Assembly (NCBI GenBank): GCA_964449545.1
Contig: CAYVBC010000001.1
Coordinates: 1-36,306 of the forward strand
Direction: 5' to 3'
DNA from: an uncultured Clostridia bacterium
GTDB taxonomy: Bacteria > Acidobacteriota > Aminicenantia > UBA2199
Length of the DNA: 36,306 nucleotides
Shown here: positions 1-9,579 of the stretch, in pieces
Numbering within the stretch: the first letter of the stretch is position 1
Layout of the letters: each line of letters begins with the position of its first letter
Notes under the pieces: generated by a model
What the model saw: the letters and a program-made list of their open reading frames with translations, nothing else
Databases searched by the model: none
Told to the model about the DNA's origin: nothing
Program-made: the position numbers and the translations under genes

Positions 1-888
1 GTTCCGGATCCGCAAGGTCCACCAGTCGCTTGTATCGGAAACCAACCCGGAAGGTTCCTGCCAGCGGTACAGGGGGTTCCCCCACAGCTGGCCCGTGGGG
101 CTGAAGTAATCGGGCGGAACGCCGGCTACTCGGTTGGGGGCTCGGGTGAGAGGGTCCAGGTCAAACACGGAGGGATTGGACCAGGTGTCGGCACTGTCCA
201 TATTCACGTAGATGGGTAGATCGCCGACAATCCGGATCCCTCTTTTCCCCGCCTGTTGTCGCAATCTGTTCCACTGCTGATCAAACAGAAACTGGAGAAA
301 GGCTTCGACTGAAATTTCATTGGCGAATTTCTTCCGGGCCCTGGTAATAGCGGATGGGTCGCGGAGACGCAGTTCTTCCGGCCATGAGGGCCAATACCCG
401 GTTTGGAAATGTCGGGAGAGTACCACAAAGAGGGCGTAGTCTTCAAGCCAGAATAATTGATCCCTCTGATACGTTTGGAATTTCTGCTGTTCTTCCGGAG
501 TCGCATGGTTGTTGAACCCTGCAAAAGCAAGTTGAAGGGCTTCCGTGGCTCGAATGGCCGCGGAAAAGTCCACGTGGTGGGATTCCGGTACGGAGAGGGA
601 CGCCAGATTCAGATCCGGGCACCAGGAGTTCGACTGGACGGCTTCCAGGTTGATAAAGAAGGGATTTCCGGCAAATGCGGATACAGCGGAGTATGGAGAA
701 TGGCCGAAAACCGGCGAGGTGGGTCCCAGGGGGAGAATCTGCCAGTAGCGCGCTTTACCCACCGTAAGCAGATCGAGAAAATCCTCGGCCTCCCGGCCCA
801 TGGTTCCGATACCAAATGGTCCGGGCAGGGAGGAGAGATGGGCCAGAACGCCCCAGGCCCTGGTGTACTTCTCGGGGTTCACGCTCAT
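1..888 (-). CDS. malQ: 4-alpha-glucanotransferase (amylomaltase, GH77), N-terminal 296 codons; the 3' end runs off the window
   Basis: This ORF is open to the window edge, so it is absent from the ORF track. My minus-strand translation from ATG 888 reads MSVNPEKYTRAWGVLAHLSSLPGPFGIGTMG...YWQILPLGPT...GIRIVGDLPIYVNMDSAD...PPDYFSPTGQLWGNPLY, which are typical MalQ motifs. Its ATG overlaps the htpG stop (ATGA at 885-888). Confidence 0.9.
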   Translation of the reverse strand, partial: MSVNPEKYTRAWGVLAHLSSLPGPFGIGTMGREAEDFLDLLTVGKARYWQILPLGPTSPVFGHSPYSAVSAFAGNPFFINLEAVQSNSWCPDLNLASLSVPESHHVDFSAAIRATEALQLAFAGFNNHATPEEQQKFQTYQRDQLFWLEDYALFVVLSRHFQTGYWPSWPEELRLRDPSAITRARKKFANEISVEAFLQFLFDQQWNRLRQQAGKRGIRIVGDLPIYVNMDSADTWSNPSVFDLDPLTRAPNRVAGVPPDYFSPTGQLWGNPLYRWQEPSGLVSDTSDWWTLRIRN

Positions 889-2750
889 TTTTTCCGGGCT
901 GCTTCCAGCATGATCGACTGGATACGGGGAATGACCTCATCCATGCCGTCGATCAGTCCCTCACGCATCATCTGGTTGTCCAGAAGGAGAAGGGAAAGGT
1001 CTTTCAACGTCGGACTGTCGGGCTCAGAGGTATGCATACGGACCATTTCCCGGATCAGGGCGTGCCCCGGATTGATCTCCAGGATGCGGCGTGAGAATTC
1101 GAATTTTTCGTTCATCATGCGCATAACCTTTTCCATCTGCGCGGATGGGCCGTCCCCTGAACGCACGAGGAGGCAGGGATGCTCCACCAGGCGTGAGGAC
1201 ACCCGCACATCCTCTACCCGTTTTCCAAAGATCGTTTTCAGGTACGCGGCAAATTTTTCCGTCAGGTCTTTGGTCTCAGGGTCCTCGGCTTCCGTTTCCG
1301 ATTCGTCCAGGTGGATGTCGGCGCTTTCGGCCAACTTGAACGCTTTGCCCTCGAATTCGCCCAGGCGGTCGAGAATGACCTCGTCCAACGGATCTGTCAG
1401 GAGCAGCACCTCAATCTCCTTGCGACGGAACGCTTCCAGGGCCGGATTCTTTTCCAGGGACTTCAAGTCGGTCCCGGTGATAAAGTAGATCTCCTTCTGC
1501 TCTTCGCCCATACGCTCGGTGTAGGTTTTCAGGTCCACCCATTCCGTTTCTCCGGTTCGGGTGGATCGGAACCACAGCAACGGGGAGAGCGCGTCTTTGT
1601 GCTCCGGGTCCATGGCAACGCCTTCACGCAGATGACGACCGAATCGATCCCAGATGGTCTGGTACTTTTCTCTGTCTTTGGCCTGAATTCCTTTCAAATG
1701 GCTGATCAGTTTTTTAACCAGGTGTTTGCGGATGCGGTCAATCCGTGCGTTATGCTGGATCGATTCCCGTGATATATTGAGGGGGATATCTTCAGAATCA
1801 ACGATACCCCGGACAAAACGAAAGTATTCAGGCAGGATATCCCTGCAGGATTTCTGAATTAATACCTTCCGGGAGAAGAGATCCACACCCGGTTCAGTGG
1901 TTTCCAGTCCCAGGGACTCCAGGGTGAATCCGGGAATAAAGAGCAGGGCGTTGAATTGAACGGGACCATCCGAAGATACATGAAGGTGTCCGAGAGGATC
2001 CTGGTCCGTGTTGTCAAAAAAGTGATAAAACTCATTGTATTGTTCGACTTTAAGGCTGGATTTCGGCTGGGTCCAGATGGCCGCGGCGCTTTCGAATTTT
2101 TCCTTCTCGAGAAAGATGGAAAAGGGGACGAACTGGGAGTGACGCTGTAGTACCTGGCGAATCCGCGTGGGATCCAGGAACGCTTCTTCCTCTTTCTTCA
2201 GCAGGAGTTCAATCCGGGTACCCCGCTCTTTTTTAACGGTCTCCTCGATGGTGTAAGCCGTGTCTCCCGTGGATTTCCACAACCATGCGGGTTCATCCTG
2301 TTTGAGAGAACGGGTGGTGACGAAAATCTCCCGGGCCACCATGAAGGCGGAGTAGAATCCGACACCGAATTTTCCAATCAGGTCTACCTTGTTGGCTGAT
2401 TCCGCTTCCGCAAGGCGGGAAAGAAATTCGGCGGTTCCGGAGTGTGCGATGGTCCCGAGGTTGCCAATCAACTCCTCACGGGTCATACCGATCCCATTGT
2501 CCTCAATAATGATCGATTTGCGGGATTTGTTAAAGGAGATATGGATTTCCAACTCCTTTTCCTGGTCCGGCATGCCCGGATGGGTCAACAATTCGAACTG
2601 GGCTTTATTCAGGGCGTCAACCGCGTTGGAGACCAGTTCCCGGACAAAAACTTCCTTGTTCTGATAGAGAGAGTAAACAAGGATATTTAGTAATTGCTGA
2701 ACTTCGGATTGAAACTCAAAGGATTCACTTTTGGCTTTTTCTTTGTTCAT
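885..2750 (-). CDS. htpG: Molecular chaperone HtpG (Hsp90 family)
   Basis: 621 aa. The N terminus FEFQSEVQQLLNILVYSLYQNKEVFVRELVSNAVDALNK and the motifs IIEDNGIGMT and GKFGVGFYSAFMVA match the GHKL ATPase of Hsp90. AAGGAG lies 6 nt upstream of the ATG. Confidence 0.97.
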   Translation of the reverse strand: MNKEKAKSESFEFQSEVQQLLNILVYSLYQNKEVFVRELVSNAVDALNKAQFELLTHPGMPDQEKELEIHISFNKSRKSIIIEDNGIGMTREELIGNLGTIAHSGTAEFLSRLAEAESANKVDLIGKFGVGFYSAFMVAREIFVTTRSLKQDEPAWLWKSTGDTAYTIEETVKKERGTRIELLLKKEEEAFLDPTRIRQVLQRHSQFVPFSIFLEKEKFESAAAIWTQPKSSLKVEQYNEFYHFFDNTDQDPLGHLHVSSDGPVQFNALLFIPGFTLESLGLETTEPGVDLFSRKVLIQKSCRDILPEYFRFVRGIVDSEDIPLNISRESIQHNARIDRIRKHLVKKLISHLKGIQAKDREKYQTIWDRFGRHLREGVAMDPEHKDALSPLLWFRSTRTGETEWVDLKTYTERMGEEQKEIYFITGTDLKSLEKNPALEAFRRKEIEVLLLTDPLDEVILDRLGEFEGKAFKLAESADIHLDESETEAEDPETKDLTEKFAAYLKTIFGKRVEDVRVSSRLVEHPCLLVRSGDGPSAQMEKVMRMMNEKFEFSRRILEINPGHALIREMVRMHTSEPDSPTLKDLSLLLLDNQMMREGLIDGMDEVIPRIQSIMLEAARKK

Positions 2751-2823
2751 CTTATCTCCTTTATGGGATTGCCTGAGACTGAAAAAATGGGTCTTTGGTT
2801 CAGTGATCGGGCGATGATTGGAT

Positions 2824-4017
2824 TCATTTCTCCAACAGTCGGGATACGGGGACGAATTGAACCCCCATGGCGCGAACAGCTGGGATCGTATCCCGGATCG
2901 CTTTCATGGTTGTGGGATATGGGTGTCCGATGGCCAGGGCATGTCCCCGCTTCCGGGCCATCTTTGCCACCTTGAGAATCTGGTTGCGGGTAAACTGGTA
3001 CGTGACGTTTCCGTTATTGATGTCCTCAAGGAATGTGTCTCTCTGGGCAGTGGGAATCTCCAGGCTGCGGGCCATGCGGTAGGCGATGGTGTCCGCGCTG
3101 GTCCGAGAGTCAACGAAGAACAGGTCTTCTTCCTTGAGAACCTTGAGGACCCGTTGCATGGTTTCTCTATCGCAGGTGGCCAGTGACCCCATGTGATTGT
3201 TCACGCCCTTGGCGTAAGGGACCTGGGTCTTTGCTCGCTGGATCAGGCTGCGGATGTGATTTGTGTCCGCGCCCTTCATGACAAAGTGGACGGGGTCGAC
3301 CTGCAGGTTCGGGTTCTGTGACTGCATGGGCAGATGGATGATCTGCTCAATTCCATACATATGCAGCTGCCTCGCCTCATCATAGGCATAGGTGGAGTTG
3401 GGAATGATGGCCGCGGTAATTGGGATACCCAGGTTTTTCAGTGTCAGGGCGCCACGTTCATTGTAGCCGATGTCGTCGATGATGATGGCCAGACGCCCTC
3501 GGCTGGCGGGTGCGGTGGGTGTGGCGGCCCTGGCCGCGGGAGAAGCTTTGCCTATGGTGATGAGGAAGAGGTGGGTGGCGGATTTTTCTTGACCTGATAT
3601 GGAGTAGAGATAAAGCTGTTCCTCACCCAGGTGCTGAATCTCTTCGGTTTTCCACTTGAGACCCTGTGACGTGGCCAGTTTTTTCAATGACTCGACCAGT
3701 GTTTTTCTCTGGGTGTTGTTTGCGTGAAACTTGAAATGATAGCGTTTCCGGGAATCACGGACCAGGTTGTAGGAGATCCCCGAAGCATCCATTGCGGAAA
3801 TCAGTTTATCGTGAAAGGACTCCACCTGAGGATGTCCGGCCGGTGTTTGCTTCAGTTCTTTTTTGGGCAGAATATGTGAAAGGAGAAAGGTGGGGCGTCC
3901 GTTGCGGTGGTCCATGTACTCCAGCAACAGGACGATGACCAGTGCCAGAACGGCAAAGACGAGCAGATATGCGACAAAGTTTCCGGAATTACGCGATTTC
4001 GCTCTGCGGCGGACCAT
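2824..4017 (-). CDS. Divergent polysaccharide deacetylase family protein (YibQ-like) with an N-terminal membrane anchor
   Basis: 397 aa. There is an N-terminal hydrophobic helix (FVAYLLVFAVLALVIVLLL). The C-terminal half (LAIIIDDIGYN...NNHMGS...AIGHPYP) resembles the YibQ/DUF610 fold. It sits in the conserved envC-ctp-yibQ position. Confidence 0.75.
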   Translation of the reverse strand: MVRRRAKSRNSGNFVAYLLVFAVLALVIVLLLEYMDHRNGRPTFLLSHILPKKELKQTPAGHPQVESFHDKLISAMDASGISYNLVRDSRKRYHFKFHANNTQRKTLVESLKKLATSQGLKWKTEEIQHLGEEQLYLYSISGQEKSATHLFLITIGKASPAARAATPTAPASRGRLAIIIDDIGYNERGALTLKNLGIPITAAIIPNSTYAYDEARQLHMYGIEQIIHLPMQSQNPNLQVDPVHFVMKGADTNHIRSLIQRAKTQVPYAKGVNNHMGSLATCDRETMQRVLKVLKEEDLFFVDSRTSADTIAYRMARSLEIPTAQRDTFLEDINNGNVTYQFTRNQILKVAKMARKRGHALAIGHPYPTTMKAIRDTIPAVRAMGVQFVPVSRLLEK

Positions 4018-5114
4018 TATGATTCCTCCAGGGCGCGAAGCGCAACATCCAAGGGATCCTGGTTTGGTTTCACCAGAAGTTGTGGCTGTACGGGCCGGTT
4101 TTGAATGGGTTTGCCTTTCCAGAAGAAGTGTCCGTCCGTAATCAGTGCGATTCCGCCGTCAGGAAGTGGGGCTCGCTTCAGATGGGCATTGTATCCCCCT
4201 GTGGCACTTCCAACGAGAATAACGCCGGACTCCTTCATGAGAGTGGCCAGTATCTCACCGTACATGATGGTGGTGGGTCCCACAAGAGCGGCAATATGTA
4301 ACGGAACCTTTTGATAAGAGCCTGGCCTGAGGCGCTGGCTTCCCATGCGGGTACGCAGCTCCAGCTGGTTTGTGGGAGAGAGCAGGAGGTCGGCAACGGA
4401 AAGGCAGGATGAAAGGTCGCCGGATTGATATCCCCTCAGGTCAATGATCCAGGAACGGGAACGCAACCGGGAGATATCGCGGGAAAGCAAGCGGGTGGAT
4501 TCGGCATCCATCCAGGCAAGGGAAAGGTATACCGCTTTGTTTTTCAGCAGGCGGGGTCCCCTTCCGGACCGGAGAATGGTTGCTGGAATGGAAAGCCGAC
4601 GGGAGCGTTGCTGGTCCCGGCTCAGAACGGTGAGCTTGAATTCACCGGGTGTGGCTGTGTATAGATGCAGCCTTGCAAGGTGGAATGTCAGACGGGTCAG
4701 ATTGAAACCATTCACACTTTCAATACGGTCTCCCACTTTCAGGGAACCTTGTCCCCTGTGAGAATCCGGTTCTAAACGGGCGACTTCAAAGTGCCGGTTT
4801 ATGGGGTGAATCCATATCCCGGCCCAATACCCCCGCCCCATGCGAAGATTTTTGTCTGTGATTTGATGATGGGGGGGGATGTAGGCGGAAAAACTGTCCA
4901 GTTCGCGCATGATGCCGTTGTAGGCTCCAGCGAAGGCCTTTTCCGGCTGTACCCAATCTACGTAGTTTTCACGGATCAAACTGGATACCCCAGGATAGAG
5001 TTGGCGTGCTTCAATCGATTCGCTGGAGGAGGAATGACTTCCCGGCTTGAACCAGAGTACCGCGGCCACAAGGACAAGGAGCAGCAACAGTAGTATTCGT
5101 CTTGGATTGCGCAT
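4017..5114 (-). CDS. S41 (C-terminal processing peptidase)-like protein with a signal peptide and PDZ domain; catalytic Ser and Lys appear substituted
   Basis: 365 aa. It has an N-terminal signal sequence (RRILLLLLLVLVAAVLW) and a PDZ-like segment (GSLKVGDRIESVNGFNL). The S41 core (ALVGPTTIMYGEILATLMKESGVILVGSATGGYNA...LPDGGIALITDGHFF) aligns by eye with xSASASEIxAGAL...VG..TFGKG. The stop overlaps the yibQ-like start by 1 nt (TAATG). Confidence 0.7.
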   Translation of the reverse strand: MRNPRRILLLLLLVLVAAVLWFKPGSHSSSSESIEARQLYPGVSSLIRENYVDWVQPEKAFAGAYNGIMRELDSFSAYIPPHHQITDKNLRMGRGYWAGIWIHPINRHFEVARLEPDSHRGQGSLKVGDRIESVNGFNLTRLTFHLARLHLYTATPGEFKLTVLSRDQQRSRRLSIPATILRSGRGPRLLKNKAVYLSLAWMDAESTRLLSRDISRLRSRSWIIDLRGYQSGDLSSCLSVADLLLSPTNQLELRTRMGSQRLRPGSYQKVPLHIAALVGPTTIMYGEILATLMKESGVILVGSATGGYNAHLKRAPLPDGGIALITDGHFFWKGKPIQNRPVQPQLLVKPNQDPLDVALRALEES

Positions 5115-5167
5115 TCAAATGATAGTTTATTCTACCGCAACAGACCGAATGCTTCAAGGTTGAAGCA

Positions 5168-6382
5168 TCATTTCCCCTTCAACCATTTCAGCGGGTCCCT
5201 GGGCTTCAGATCCGTGCGAATTTCAAAATATAGTGATCTTCCTGAGGTGGACCCACTCTCTCCGACAATGGCAATTGATTCCCCGCTTTTTACCCGGGCC
5301 CCTTTCTGCTTGAGAAAGCGATCGCAATGGCCATACAGAGAGTGCAGGTTTTTGGCGTGTTGAATGATAATCAGGTTGCCGTAGCCTTTAAAATAGTTGG
5401 AAAACACAATTTTCCCAGGGTAGACGGCGTGGATCCGATCCGAATCGGTGGGTTTGATTTCGATGCCGTTGTTCAGGATGTAGGTGTTAAACCGGGTGCT
5501 TCTCTGTCGGCCGAACCGAGAGACCACTTTTCCCTTCAGGGGCCATGGCAGTTGTCGACGCAATCCCTGCAGGTGACGAATGGGTGTGGTAGAATCGCCG
5601 CTTCCGGAGCGGTGGATCAGGTCTTCCAGCTCTCCCGCACGGGAACGCAATTCTTCCAGCAGGCGCAGGTAGGTGCCCCGGTCCCGATTGATCCGGGCCG
5701 CGGCCTGTTTCTGGTCCTGGCGCAGTGTCTGCAATCGATTCATGGTCTCGTTTTTCTCCCCTTTTTTCTGCAGAAGAGATTCTTCCTGCTTTTGCAGTTT
5801 AAGGGTGACGGCATCCACATGGGCGGTTTTTTTCCGGATTTCCCGGGTCTGCTGCGAGTGATATTGGATCAGGGACATGAACAGGTGGTAATTGCGAAAA
5901 AGCTGATCCAGAGAATCGACGCGGAGAAAGAGCTTCAGGTAGGATTGGCCGCCCAGTTTGTAGAGGTAGCGGGCGACCTGTCTGACTTTTCCCCGCTCCG
6001 TTTTCAGCTCCCGCAGAAGCTTTTCCCGGTGCTCCCGGTTTTTATGAACATCGCCCAGCAGTTGGCTGAGTTGGATGTCGATGCGACGAATTTCCAGTTT
6101 TTCGCGTTGCGCCTGAAGGTCCAGTCGAGCCAGCTGAGCTAGTATCGGTTGTCGAGCGGCATCCAGGGATTTCAGCCGATTGTTTACCTGACCCATCTGT
6201 TTCTGGATTGCGCTCAGTTCCTTGCGATGGTCTTGAGCGTAAAGAATAAGAGAGAGAGTTGCAATAGATATTAAAAACAGAAAACCCGGGAGCGAGCGCG
6301 CGCGCGATTGTCGTGGAATCCGGAGTGTACTGTCGCGTTTCCCGGTATTTTTCATGATCTCAATGACTTGATTATAGACCAT
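5168..6382 (-). CDS. envC: Murein hydrolase activator EnvC-like protein (coiled coil plus degenerate LytM/M23 domain)
   Basis: 404 aa with an N-terminal anchor, a long Q/L/R/K/E-rich coiled coil and a C-terminal LytM fold (GIEIKP...GYGNLIIIQHAKNLHSLYGHC...GESIAIVGESGSTSGRSLYFEIR). The metal-ligand positions look degenerate (NNGIE where HxGxD is expected, SLYFE where HLHFE is expected). An alternative start is ATG 6355. Confidence 0.8.
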   Translation of the reverse strand: MVYNQVIEIMKNTGKRDSTLRIPRQSRARSLPGFLFLISIATLSLILYAQDHRKELSAIQKQMGQVNNRLKSLDAARQPILAQLARLDLQAQREKLEIRRIDIQLSQLLGDVHKNREHREKLLRELKTERGKVRQVARYLYKLGGQSYLKLFLRVDSLDQLFRNYHLFMSLIQYHSQQTREIRKKTAHVDAVTLKLQKQEESLLQKKGEKNETMNRLQTLRQDQKQAAARINRDRGTYLRLLEELRSRAGELEDLIHRSGSGDSTTPIRHLQGLRRQLPWPLKGKVVSRFGRQRSTRFNTYILNNGIEIKPTDSDRIHAVYPGKIVFSNYFKGYGNLIIIQHAKNLHSLYGHCDRFLKQKGARVKSGESIAIVGESGSTSGRSLYFEIRTDLKPRDPLKWLKGK

Positions 6383-6416
6383 GATGTCAGGGGGGTAAAG
6401 GCGGCGTCCCGGAGAA

Positions 6417-7394
6417 TCAGGATTTGGGCGGACGATGGGTACGGTGAAACAGAAAAACCACTCCGCCCATCATGCCCACGAGGATTCGAAAACCCAGATC
6501 TAGAAATTCGGCGGCCAATGCGAAGGCCGGCGGAAAACGCATCAATGTCTGAAACCCGGCGGTGCGAACCCCAAGCCCGTTTATGGCCGGTATGGTCATG
6601 AGCAGGAAGATCATGATGGGTACATGAACAATGAATGAATGGATATCCGGAGTTTCGCCCAATGCGCGGGCGATACAATAGTAATACACCACCATGTTGG
6701 CCTGAAAAACAATGCTGATGCAGAGGCATCCGAGCAGGCTCGCCGGTTTGCGGTAGAAGGCCCACAGCGCAACCATGACCTGATGGACGCGCGGCCTGAG
6801 GCGTTTGGGCAACCTTTTCTGGATAAGGGGCAGCCAGTATGCGGATGGACGGGGATGAATCAGTACCGCGGACAGAATGGCCAGGGCGGCAAGAAGAACA
6901 ATTACAGAAAAAATAATCCGGTTCGGGCTGTTGCGGAAGGGGCCGTCAAGGAGCAATCCGATTGCAGAGATGATCATCAGGGCAGCCAGACCACTGAGTC
7001 GCTCAATCACCACGACCACAAGGGACATGGATCCCCGGGAGGTGTCGCTACGGCTCTTGACAACCCTCAGGGTGTCTCCTCCGATGGTGGAGGGCAGGAA
7101 CGTGTTAAAGAAGGTGGACATGAAGTAATAGAGAAGCAATCGTTTATAGGGGGCGGTGTGACCCTGGGCGGTAAGCAGAATCTTCCAGCGCAGGGTGAGT
7201 AGATTATATCCCAGAGCCATCAGGGCGGCCGCGGCCAGAAGCCACAGTGGGTTGGTGTGAGAGAAAACGGATATGAATTTTTCCCAGGCCGAAATGATGC
7301 CTCCGTGCCTGTGTGCCAGGGTTCGGACAAAGTAACCCACCAGAAGGGAGCTCACAAGAACGCGTACCAGCAGGGCCAGGTGTTTTCTTTTCAT
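6417..7394 (-). CDS. Flippase-like or lysylphosphatidylglycerol-synthase-TM-like integral membrane protein (UPF0104 family)
   Basis: 325 aa and polytopic, with about 8 hydrophobic segments. The motif [21 protein letters not shown] is typical of this family. Its ATG overlaps the xerC stop (ATGA at 7391-7394). Confidence 0.65.
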   Translation of the reverse strand: MKRKHLALLVRVLVSSLLVGYFVRTLAHRHGGIISAWEKFISVFSHTNPLWLLAAAALMALGYNLLTLRWKILLTAQGHTAPYKRLLLYYFMSTFFNTFLPSTIGGDTLRVVKSRSDTSRGSMSLVVVVIERLSGLAALMIISAIGLLLDGPFRNSPNRIIFSVIVLLAALAILSAVLIHPRPSAYWLPLIQKRLPKRLRPRVHQVMVALWAFYRKPASLLGCLCISIVFQANMVVYYYCIARALGETPDIHSFIVHVPIMIFLLMTIPAINGLGVRTAGFQTLMRFPPAFALAAEFLDLGFRILVGMMGGVVFLFHRTHRPPKS

Positions 7395-8275
7395 TTTGAT
7401 CGTGGGTGATACTGCCTGTATACACGCAAGAGATCTGCGTAATTCAGGGTTGTGTATTTCTGTGTGGTGGTCAGGTTGGCATGGCCGAGAAGTTCCTGGA
7501 TCATTCGCAGATTGGCGCCTCTCTGCAGCAAGTGGGTGGCGAAAGAGTGGCGGAAAAGGTGGGGGTATACCCGCTTTCTGCTTTGCATCATGGTCTGAAA
7601 AGAGGACTGCAGGATTCGTTCAATGGATCGCTCCGTTATGGCCTGACCGCGGGAATTTAGAAACACCCGTTCCGGCAGAGAAGGGAAACGTTTATTGGAT
7701 GCATTGATGTACTTTTTAAGCAGTTCACCGGAATGGCGGTTGAAGGGAACGATCCGTTCTTTTCTGCCCTTGCCCAATACGCGGACCAGGCCTTCCTGCA
7801 TGCGGATATTGTCATGAGTCAGTCCCGTTAATTCGGAAACGCGAAGGCCCGTGGCGTAGAGAAATTCAAAGATCGTCTTATTCCTCAACTCAAGATATGA
7901 AGACTCGGGGAGTCGGTTCAGAAAATCGAGCATCTCTTTCTCTGTTAGAATCTGAGGGATTTTTCTGTCGATTTTAGGAGATTGAATGCCTTCGAAAGGA
8001 TTAATTACGGTTTTCCCGCTCTGTATCTGAAAAGAATAGTAGGATCTGATGGCGTAGATCTTACGGGCCACCGTGGTCTTGTTTCCTGTCTGAAGAAATA
8101 TCCGGGAAATGAAATCTTTTGCCGCGCTACGATCGGGAGGAAATTGATTTTCCTTGAGAAATCGGAGAAACTGAAAGATATCCTGCCTGTAAGCGCGAAT
8201 GGTATGCTCGGAGAAATTCTTAATGTCCTTCAGGTAGGCCAGATAATCGGTTAAAAGTTTTCCTGATGGATCCAT
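7391..8275 (-). CDS. xerC: Site-specific tyrosine recombinase XerC/XerD family
   Basis: The C-terminal catalytic region reads [37 protein letters not shown], and [13 protein letters not shown] is also present. I place the start at ATG 8275 ([15 protein letters not shown]). The ORF-track start at 8410 would overlap trmFO by 160 nt. The position after trmFO matches the conserved topA-trmFO-xerC order. Confidence 0.88.
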   Translation of the reverse strand: MDPSGKLLTDYLAYLKDIKNFSEHTIRAYRQDIFQFLRFLKENQFPPDRSAAKDFISRIFLQTGNKTTVARKIYAIRSYYSFQIQSGKTVINPFEGIQSPKIDRKIPQILTEKEMLDFLNRLPESSYLELRNKTIFEFLYATGLRVSELTGLTHDNIRMQEGLVRVLGKGRKERIVPFNRHSGELLKKYINASNKRFPSLPERVFLNSRGQAITERSIERILQSSFQTMMQSRKRVYPHLFRHSFATHLLQRGANLRMIQELLGHANLTTTQKYTTLNYADLLRVYRQYHPRSK

Positions 8276-9579
8276 TTTTCCATTGATTCGAGGGCTTTGC
8301 GTGCCTTGAGTTCCTTGCGCTGCTTTTTCGGGGGTTTGCGTTGTCCCCGAAGAAACTCCATGGGTGGCAGCAGGCCGAAAGTAAACTTGGTGGGCTTGAA
8401 GTTTTGCCATTCAGCGTGCGCGATATAGTGAAAAAGAGCCCCGCAGGCCGTCTCCCGCGGAAGGGGTGGGAGGCTTTGGTTCGAAAGCAATCTCATCATG
8501 TAGCGCCCGGCCAACAATCCGGAACAGATGGACTCCACGTACCCCTCAACGCCGCTGATCTGACCGGCAAAAAAGAGGTTGGGACGGTTGTGCGCCTTTC
8601 CGGTTTCACTGAGAATGAGCGGAGCATTGATATAGGTGTTGCGGTGCATCCTCCCGAAACGTTCAAATTCCGCATTTTCCAACCCTGGAAGGGTTCTGAA
8701 AATCCGTTTTTGCTCGCCCCATTTAAGGCGGGTTTGGAATCCCACAATCTGGTAAAAGTTCTCCTGAATATCATCCTGGCGCAATTGAATGACCGCGAAA
8801 GCCAATTTCCCGGTGTCCGGGTCTTCCAATCCTACCGGTTTCAGGGGGCCGAATGCCAGGGAAAGCGGCCCTCTGCGGGCGATCTCCTCCACGGGGAGGC
8901 AGGCCTCAAAAAGGTTCTTACTCTCAAAATCCCGAAACGAGACGGATTCCGCTTTCACAAGTTCGGAAACGAACTCATTGTACTGCGTCTCCGTTAACGG
9001 GATGTTGATGAAATCCGCTGTTCCCTTTCCATAGCGGGATCCCCGGAACACCTGCTTGAAATTGATGGAATCGGCGCGGATAATTGGGCTGGTGGCATCA
9101 AAAAAGAACAGGTGGCGACGCATGGTGAAGCGTGACAGGTCCTCTGCCAGTGTGCTTCCGGTCAATGGACCGGAGGCAATAATAGTGGGGGTCTCTTCAG
9201 GGGGGAGCTGCCGTACTTCCTCGCGGATGAACTCGATTTTGGGGTGTTCGGATAACGCTTTATCCACATCAGCCGCAAGCCGGATACGATCCACGGAAAG
9301 GCTGCTTCCCGCAGGAACGCGATTTCGGTTTGCGAATTCCAAAAAGCGCGATCCCAGCAGGGTCAACTCGGCTTTCAACAGTCCGGATGCCGAATGGTTT
9401 TCCACTGAGCCCAGGGAATTGGAGCATACCATCTCTCCTGCGTGAGCGGTTTCATGAGCCTCGGTGGGCGTTTCCGGGCGCATTTCGTACAGTTTCACGG
9501 CAATGTTCCGGTCCGCCAGTTGCAGGGCGGCTTCCGCTCCCGCCAATCCGGCCCCGACAATGGTTACAGTCGGTTTCAT
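8251..9579 (-). CDS. trmFO: Methylenetetrahydrofolate--tRNA-(uracil-5)-methyltransferase TrmFO (Gid)
   Basis: I place the start at ATG 9579 ([22 protein letters not shown], an FAD Rossmann motif). This forms an ATGA overlap with the topA stop. GxGxxG, MVCSNSLG and [12 protein letters not shown] are TrmFO-like. The track's 49-codon upstream extension lies inside topA. Confidence 0.93.
   Translation of the reverse strand: MKPTVTIVGAGLAGAEAALQLADRNIAVKLYEMRPETPTEAHETAHAGEMVCSNSLGSVENHSASGLLKAELTLLGSRFLEFANRNRVPAGSSLSVDRIRLAADVDKALSEHPKIEFIREEVRQLPPEETPTIIASGPLTGSTLAEDLSRFTMRRHLFFFDATSPIIRADSINFKQVFRGSRYGKGTADFINIPLTETQYNEFVSELVKAESVSFRDFESKNLFEACLPVEEIARRGPLSLAFGPLKPVGLEDPDTGKLAFAVIQLRQDDIQENFYQIVGFQTRLKWGEQKRIFRTLPGLENAEFERFGRMHRNTYINAPLILSETGKAHNRPNLFFAGQISGVEGYVESICSGLLAGRYMMRLLSNQSLPPLPRETACGALFHYIAHAEWQNFKPTKFTFGLLPPMEFLRGQRKPPKKQRKELKARKALESMEKWIHQENF

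Noticed and set aside
457-1488. A long 343-aa ORF on the plus strand spanning the malQ/htpG junction. Similar long antisense ORFs are at 5327-6142, 8341-8997, 15066-15632, 18220-18978, 19657-20148, 22002-22574 and 28654-29418.
   Set aside because: Each lies antisense to a gene with unmistakable family motifs (HtpG, EnvC, TrmFO, TPR protein, UvrD-like, TolC-like, CYTH, TrxB). Their translations are low-complexity and Arg/Ser/Gly/Pro-rich with no motifs. Stop-poor antisense frames are expected opposite coiled-coil or GC-biased coding sequence. I see no evidence for overprinted genes.
2751-2823. I searched the region upstream of htpG for a heat-shock sigma32-type promoter or a CIRCE (HrcA) operator.
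   Set aside because: A CCCATTTT stretch is present, but no TTGAAA-like -35 lies at a usable distance. There is no TTAGCACTC-N9-GAGTGCTAA-like inverted repeat. Only the AAGGAG RBS is clear.
6249-6307. Short dinucleotide runs, (GA)5 at about 6249-6258 and alternating GC at about 6295-6307, near the 5' end of envC.
   Set aside because: They are short and lie within coding sequence for the N-terminal anchor region (…SRARSLPG…). They are too small to call a functional repeat or Z-DNA element.
7391-8275. The tyrosine recombinase as a possible marker of an integrated mobile element or genomic island.
   Set aside because: It sits in the conserved housekeeping dprA-topA-trmFO-xerC context with overlapping reading frames. 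There is no flanking tRNA gene, no direct repeats and no phage or transposon genes. It is most simply the chromosomal Xer recombinase.
8276-8410. N-terminal extensions suggested by the longest-ORF coordinates: xerC to 8410, trmFO to 9726, HU to 13988, Rrf2 to 15163, small ORF to 17087, OMP from 29018, permease to 32977, ABC ATPase to 35776, trxB from 28309, nucleotidyltransferase to 22264.
   Set aside because: In every case the extension overlaps the neighbouring gene or a terminator or promoter. An internal start then reproduces the conserved family N terminus and/or has a proper RBS or a stop/start overlap.
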